Assembly: GCA_051294905.1 (NCBI GenBank)
Contig: CM119372.1
Coordinates: 14,510,001 to 14,570,000, forward strand
Direction: 5' to 3'
Length of the DNA stretch: 60,000 bases
Origin: Botryllus schlosseri
Taxonomy: Eukaryota
A program made the translations under genes and the position numbers. Below are positions 53,616 to 60,000 of the stretch, piece by piece; positions within the stretch are counted from its first letter, which is position 1; each line of letters starts with the position of its first letter. The notes beneath the pieces are model-generated. The model did not search any database. It saw only the letters and a program-made list of their open reading frames with translations, and was not told the DNA's origin.

Positions 53616-54069
53616 ATTATAATTTAATCGAAAGATTGTTATACCACCTTTCTGTTGTCCTTTAATACCCTCTAGACTATTTCCACTTGTTTAATATATA
53701 ATTAGGAACCACTGATATATTGAAATACATGTAATCATACGGAATTACATCGTACCTTTGTCAGAAGAGACATATCTTCCGAGCTTTATTGGCTTAGGAT
53801 CAAATGCTTCGTTGTCGCAGTCAGAGTCGGTTAGTATATCCATCATATAGTCAGACTAGTCAAACCTAATTCTAAACAGATGCGTGTATGAATATTCTGC
53901 TTGATACCGAAGAGAACGCACCGCCTGAAATCCAGCAAAGCTAACCCAACATTCGCCTGTACTCGGAGACACGTCTAGATCTCGAATTCAAGGCCACTCA
54001 ATTAGTGAGAGCGTCGCGAGAAAACGTAGTGATATGATCCACAGTTGCGATACCAGCCAGTTGCGGTTT

Positions 54070-54629
54070 CGAACCTCCTTAATTACCTTGGCGCATGATG
54101 AGATAATCATCATTGTAAACGAGGATTGCATGCGACATTATGTGATTTATTAGGCTCCAGGCTCCACCTATGTCCGCAGGCCTGTGCTTCAAATCCCGCA
54201 CTAATCATAAATGTACGTATGTGCTTGTGCACTCGTACTGTACATTTACAAGTAGAAATGTACGTGAGACAATAGCATTTCATTATGATATCTCTAGATA
54301 TTACCATCCCGGCCACTTACAAAGTATTTGTCTCCGCCAAATCAACTAACGGTTTCGATTCGCCCATATGACTTCCTTTGGTAATAACCCTGCCCGATCA
54401 ATTATAATTACAATTATCAACATGGCCAAAGCGCCAAACCCTGTATAAACTAATCCCAACCTATCTTCATTTCGAATTGCGAACCTCCTTGATTACATTG
54501 GCGTTTAATGGGGTCATCATCATTGTAAACGAGGTATTGCATGGCATGCGACGTAATATGATTGAATAGGCTCCAGGCTCCGCCTATGCCTGCAGGCCTG
54601 TGCTTCAAGTCCCGCACTGATCATAAATG
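54070..54629. repeat. Diverged ~145 bp direct repeat pair
   Basis: 54070-54211 and 54480-54629 share CGAACCTCCTT..CATCATTGTAAACGAGG..TAGGCTCCAGGCTCC..GCAGGCCTGTGCTTCAA.TCCCGCACT.ATCATAAATG. Confidence 0.85.
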
Positions 54630-54647
54630 GACTGTACGTACGTACAC

Positions 54648-55620
54648 TAGGGCTGTTCAAAAATAAAGTAAAATTTCGGATTCCAGCCATTGACTTATTA
54701 AATTGTCAGGTTACCCTAAGAACACTGCACACCAAAGTTGGTTCAATTCTAACAAGTAAAGGACTCCGCAGATCAAATTAAAAATTTTAATTTATTAGGT
54801 GAAATTTTGAAAAAGAATTCAAATTTTTCTGCCAACCCCATGAAATTGTTTAGCTGTCTTCAAAGACGATGCAAACCAAATTTGACTCAATTCCGACCAG
54901 TAGAAGCGGAGATATGTGAGTTTTTCGATTATAATCCTCGGATTATCCTGGATCGGTGGATCATCCGAGAAGTTCACGTTTTTCATAGGCGGGCTTTTCG
55001 AGGTTCCGTCTCGGTCGTTCACACCACTGGGCCATACGAGGTACCGCTGCGTTCGTCTTCGGGCCCCGCGTAGACCGATACCCGATACGATCGTATCGGA
55101 CTTTCAGCCGACTCGGGATCGGCCTTCAAAAAACAGTGTATAGCGCTTTTTTCACAGTTTTTTTAATCACCGATTTCTCGCCAACCGAATATCGTAGCCG
55201 GATAAATTTGGTACCGGCAGACGCGTAATTCGATTACGATTCCAACGATACCCGGGAAATGGGGCTGAGACGCGTAGAAAAAAGTTTTCTTCCAAAAACC
55301 CGTGATGGTACGCCAATACGGGTTACGCAGTTGGTTTTTCGATCGGTCGGTATCAGAACATAGATCGAAATACCGATCGACAACCGCTGGTCTTAGGGGT
55401 TCGACAGAGTTATCCCCGTTTTCCTCTCGTCGAACTGAACGCGATGATATCCGATTCAACGGCTTGGGCACGGGGATGGCCCGGTATTGGTGTCTGAAAA
55501 GTCGGTTTTTGTCTCCCAAAGGCTACCGAATTCGCAGAATATACAGATCGATCAGTAGCTTAGGAATAGCCTACTTTTATCACAAAAAATTTAACATGCC
55601 GCCTTTCTTACGGAGATAGG
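54648..55620. mobile_element. Single-ended diverged relative of the foldback MITE with a CpG-rich interior
   Basis: Starts TAGGGCTGTTCAAAAATAA. The first ~320 bp are homologous to the foldback arm and no matching right end was seen. Right boundary approximate. Confidence 0.7.
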
Positions 55621-58074
55621 CACAATTCACAATGTTGAATTAGGTCGATGACTTTTGTATTGTATACGTACGCGCGACCAATTGCGTGCCATCAACTGGT
55701 AAGGTCTCATGTCCGCTGTCACCGAGTGATTGAAAGATTAGTTTCAGCGTATTAGCAGGTTATTGTAAATGGACGTTACTTTGGACGATGGACTAGCAGA
55801 TGATGTAGAATGATGCAGAAGATGTATTAGCACCTCATGGCCCTAAAGTTTCATGACAAGTATATCAGCATGAATCCTTAACACGAATCTTATATGAAAA
55901 GTTAAAGACGCAAACATGCGTGATGGAGTTACTTCCCAATCAGTGTTTTCATCGAACGATTCGTTCTGTGTATTGAAGAGTATTCTACGTAGCTGCTGAA
56001 TTCTGCGTACAATAGCGTACAAATTTGGATCGCCACGCTGACTCCTTTTCCATGACAAAAAGTGAGTATTCAGTATAGAATGCATTTCCCTTCTGTTGTA
56101 AGTATTATATTTCGTTAACTACGTCACGCGGAAGGGTAAGTACTGGACAGAACAGTCGCCAAACGGAGGCTGCGTCCTGTGATGTTTCCCTCACTAATTC
56201 AATTCGTGCCGTGGTAGATTTTCACTGCGTAACGTGCTTTCTGACAGATTATTAAACGTCTATGTGAGTAGCAACGGATTTAGAATCGTCCTTGAAAAGG
56301 TGTTCACAGAACTCAATTAGTAAAATGTTGACTTCACGCTCAATATATCTGGGAATAGGCCTACTTTTATCGCGTAACGTTAACTTTATATTGTTTCCCG
56401 ATTAATTTCAAATAATTCAACTAGCTAGATACTTTCTAAATATTGATAAATCGTATATATACGCTGTGTGAGTGAGCACATAGTTACGATAACATCTGCC
56501 TTTTCGTTTCATTGATTCAAAATCAAGTGTGTGGCCTGTGATAAAGCTCCATCTTGATGAAGCAACCTATCATGTTGCATTTTTGTTTTGAAATTTACTG
56601 GAGTTGTGTATAATCTTCAAACGTATGTACTGTGCATGGAGCTAACAATTTGGCATTAGATCGCTGCCTTGTTTTTCAGCCACTGCAAACAATCGAGACG
56701 TCAAGATAGCTGGGAAGACACTTTAATGAATTTGCCGTCAAGCAATTCTGATCAAAGTGCCTGCGGTCTCCCTAGTCTGCCATAATGATCAACGATGATG
56801 ACGTGACGCTCTGATCACTCAAACATCAGACTGTCAATGTCAATATATGTATTGTTGCCTTGGCTTGAACGGACGGGGCCGTAATTGATAGCCGAATCTG
56901 ACTGCTTCTTACCGTGTGTTAATATAAGGAAAATAGAATATCTGTACCCATGTTTTAGTTAGTGCAACGCATATAATGTAAGATTATCGGTTGTAAGCCT
57001 AGATTATACCGAGCGTTGTGACCAGCGCATTGTGCGAAACCTGGGTATTTACAACTGATACCACAATATGTCTGATAGCCAGTGATAGGTGTTTGAATGG
57101 ACACTCTCTTGCCGCAGCATTGTGACGTTATGAAATGACAAAACAAGTCAACTTTGCAGTTGGCTGCTTTCCGAACCTATATCGCCACATTTCAGCCTGA
57201 TCATCATTATTTGTTTATGTTAGCTTTGCAAAGTCATTTTATCCTTGTACGTGATGACGAATAAACGAGTTTGATTTTTCAAGCAACACTGCTGCATGGT
57301 ATGAGCGGATGACATGAGCTACGTCAGTTGAATTTAATGTTAAAATTACGGTTGATTGATATCACGCGTTTTCAACCCAGATATGCGTTTCTGGTAAGAT
57401 GATAGGGTGATTACAATCATTTAAGGAATTGCTACAAACTTACGAAGGTATGGAAAGCTGATTGAGGTCACATGGTCCGTTGGACCTTGCACATAATTTG
57501 AAAATTACGACGAGATATATTGTTATTATGCTAGTCGTTGCTGTTCTCCTCTCTCTAGCAACGAAATTATTGTGGGTGTGGAGAGGGATGATTACACCCG
57601 CGGCCATATTAGGTCACATTTTATATTCATCTGGTCCAGATTGACACGACATGAATATTCGGCGCCAGCAATTTAGGTACCCGGATCAAGACATTTTTAT
57701 ATCGAAGTTTACGGTCAACATAAGGGAAATCCTATTCGGCTAATGTTTTCTTGCTGACGATCTTTTTGGCTCACTTCTCTGAGACCCATGTTGACCCACA
57801 CTTTATATGTCTTTTTACATCGTGGCGTGGTAATGGCCAACGCTCGCTTAGATGCCTACGTCTACAGATGATGCGCATTTTTTGTGGAGGAAGGGTGCCT
57901 AATAAACAAACATTTATCTACATGAAATCGCGTACAGCGCGAGAAAAATTAAAAAGTTACGAAAATTTTCAAATAAATAGTGAATAATTAGTGTTCATTC
58001 ACGAAATAATTTTGGCACCATTCGAGCTCGCCCTCCCCCAAGCGGGGTAGGAATATCTGGGTGTGGCAGGAATG

Positions 58075-58190
58075 GGGGAGATAGCGTAGCAGTGATGCGT
58101 GCGGCTTTTTGATCTGTAAATCGTTGGTTCAATCCCCGGGCGGGTCAGACCTAAGATTCGAAAACTGGTATCCACGGTATCCGATGGTTA
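58075..58190 (+). mobile_element. tRNA-derived SINE head
   Basis: B box GGTTCAATCCC and a downstream motif shared with the 21749 copy. Confidence 0.65.
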
Positions 58191-59492
58191 AGATAAAAAT
58201 AAGTTTGTTTGCTTTCTCTCTTTCTCTCTCTTGAGCATTAGTAAGGTGAATCCTTTCTTATTTGCACGGTTAGAGCAACAACCCTCCTTGGTTTATCTGG
58301 GCTACTCCTCCGACAAAGACATGGATTTGCGAATGCCAGGAAAGCGAACACTGAATTGCTAGGACAAGCAACTGAAACACAGCTGAAGAGAAAAAAATGG
58401 AAGCCAATCACCTTCACGATTAGGCCGAGATGGATGCTATAGATTAATAATAACCGTGCTTGGTAGTTTTACCATTCTCTTCTCTGTTCAATATGTCGCA
58501 ATGCATCTTTAGTACCGCATTGCACATTGTCTGGCTTGAGCGGAAACAATAATTTGAGCTAAATTAGAAATAAAAGTCGGGGGTTCGCTGAGGCTCGCGA
58601 CGGTCCAAAAGGGGTCCGCAAAGACATGAAAGGTTGAGAATAACTGACAAAAGGTATATGCCTTACGCTCGCAACTGACAGAGCATCTTAAAGCTGTCTT
58701 GACACAAGCAAATCAACGACCTATCAGCTCGATATATTGGGTGCGGGAAATACTACAGAATATTTATCATGCTATAACCAATACATATATTTGATGGAGT
58801 TGTATTAAGGTAAAGCAGGGATTCTTTTTCACAATATGTATCAGGAGTGTTGAACAACAAAATTTAACGATGGTATAGTGCCCTTTCGCCTTTGCCAAGA
58901 GCTAATCAGGGCCCAAATAATAGGAGTCGTCATTAAAATCGTACGATTCGCGGTGTCTACCAAGATCGCAACTAGAACTTATGTCGAGTCATCACAATGG
59001 TAGTCAGCATTTTTTATGTCGTCATTTTTTAAAACAGTGTATAAAGTCTTAAAATCCCTATATATACTGGAATGGTCTAAACTGAGTAAATCCTAAACAA
59101 AAACTATCATGTATGCAAAGCGGTGTCATTTTATACACGCGAAAAGTGGAAGAAAATCCCCCCTATTGATTGTCGACTTAATGCCACTTTTCAAAATACG
59201 GGGTTTATACAGGGGTCAAAATGTCGCCATTGTAACTCGAAATTCCTGCTACTTCATGACTTGATTTCTTTTGGAAGGGACAAATGAGGGACTAATAAGC
59301 GTGGTCCCAAACGGATTTGCTTAACAGACGATAGCAACCGAGGGAAAAATGTCGCCAAGAATTAGGGGGACACAAAATTGTCTCCCAATTTTTTTCGTCC
59401 CCCAACTGCTACAAAAATAAGTGCGATTGTCTCCCAAAGTAGCCTAATAGGTAAATATATATATATAATGTATACATATCATTGGTCAGGAC

Positions 59493-59875
59493 CTGTCATC
59501 TGGAGTGAATTACCACAAGACATCCGTGAATTGCTTCATAATAGATTCAAAAATACCTACTTGATCACCTGTTGTCGTTATATTAACACTGTTGTCATAC
59601 CTTGCCCAGACATTGCTTCATTGATCATTTGCTACCATCGTTTACTTTTTCTTTTTTCTTTTTAAACCAACATTTTTACAGCCTGACTGTATAGAGTCAA
59701 GCATACCTGTTTGATGCTGGCGTGATCAGACTAGTTGATCTTCACGGTCGTATCGATCATTCTCATTCCTATCTGATACCGAATTCTGTGCATGCATTTT
59801 TTCTGTACCACCATCGTTGCCGTCTGTTTTTAATGTATTTTGGTTGGATGAAAATAAATACTCTCTCTCTCTCAC
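59493..59875 (+). mobile_element. L2/CR1-group LINE 3' end (right half of the split copy)
   Basis: Continues GPVIWSELPQDIRE..RFK, then a 3' UTR ending AATAAA + (CT)n tail. Confidence 0.78.
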
Positions 59876-60000
59876 CGCTAATTCCGAACCGGATAAAACT
59901 GAACTGTATACTACGTTGACGAGACGTGTCAAAGCAAAAAAGTATGCATGAAAATATTTGGTTCTAACAAACTCTGGATCCATGAAGAACTCCAGTAGTT

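Larger units (their letters stand above)
49381..59484. mobile_element. Large (~10.1 kb) hAT-like DNA transposon
   Basis: ~80-90 bp imperfect TIRs (CAATGATA-(TA)n-TTTACCTATTAG(A/G)CTACTTTGG...GCAGTTGGG). Perfect 8-bp TSD GTCAGGAC (49373-49380, 59485-59492). The flanks rejoin into one LINE ORF. Confidence 0.85.

Noticed and set aside
55843..56085. 80-aa minus-strand ORF as a gene
   Set aside because: No recognisable motif and no convincing in-frame splice partner found by eye.

Overview
Eukaryotic, AT-rich, intron-containing animal DNA; a marine invertebrate such as a tunicate is an inference, not shown directly. The left half holds three intact tandem paralogous class A (rhodopsin-like) GPCR genes on the + strand. 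Each has 5 coding exons with identical intron phases (1,1,1,2) and shared non-canonical motifs: LRF/LRY instead of DRY, D3.32, R7.43 and E7.46. Converging on them from the - strand is an 8-exon monofunctional peptidylglycine alpha-hydroxylating monooxygenase (PHM) gene with a long acidic N-terminal extension. The rest is dense with non-autonomous DNA transposons, mostly hAT-like with 8-bp TSDs, including a four-level nest with two same-site double insertions. There are also L2/CR1-type LINE 3' ends and tRNA-derived SINE heads. A ~10.1 kb TIR/TSD-bounded element (49381-59484) splits a LINE ORF in two and carries unexplained cargo. All exon models and TSDs were read by eye; no database searches were run.
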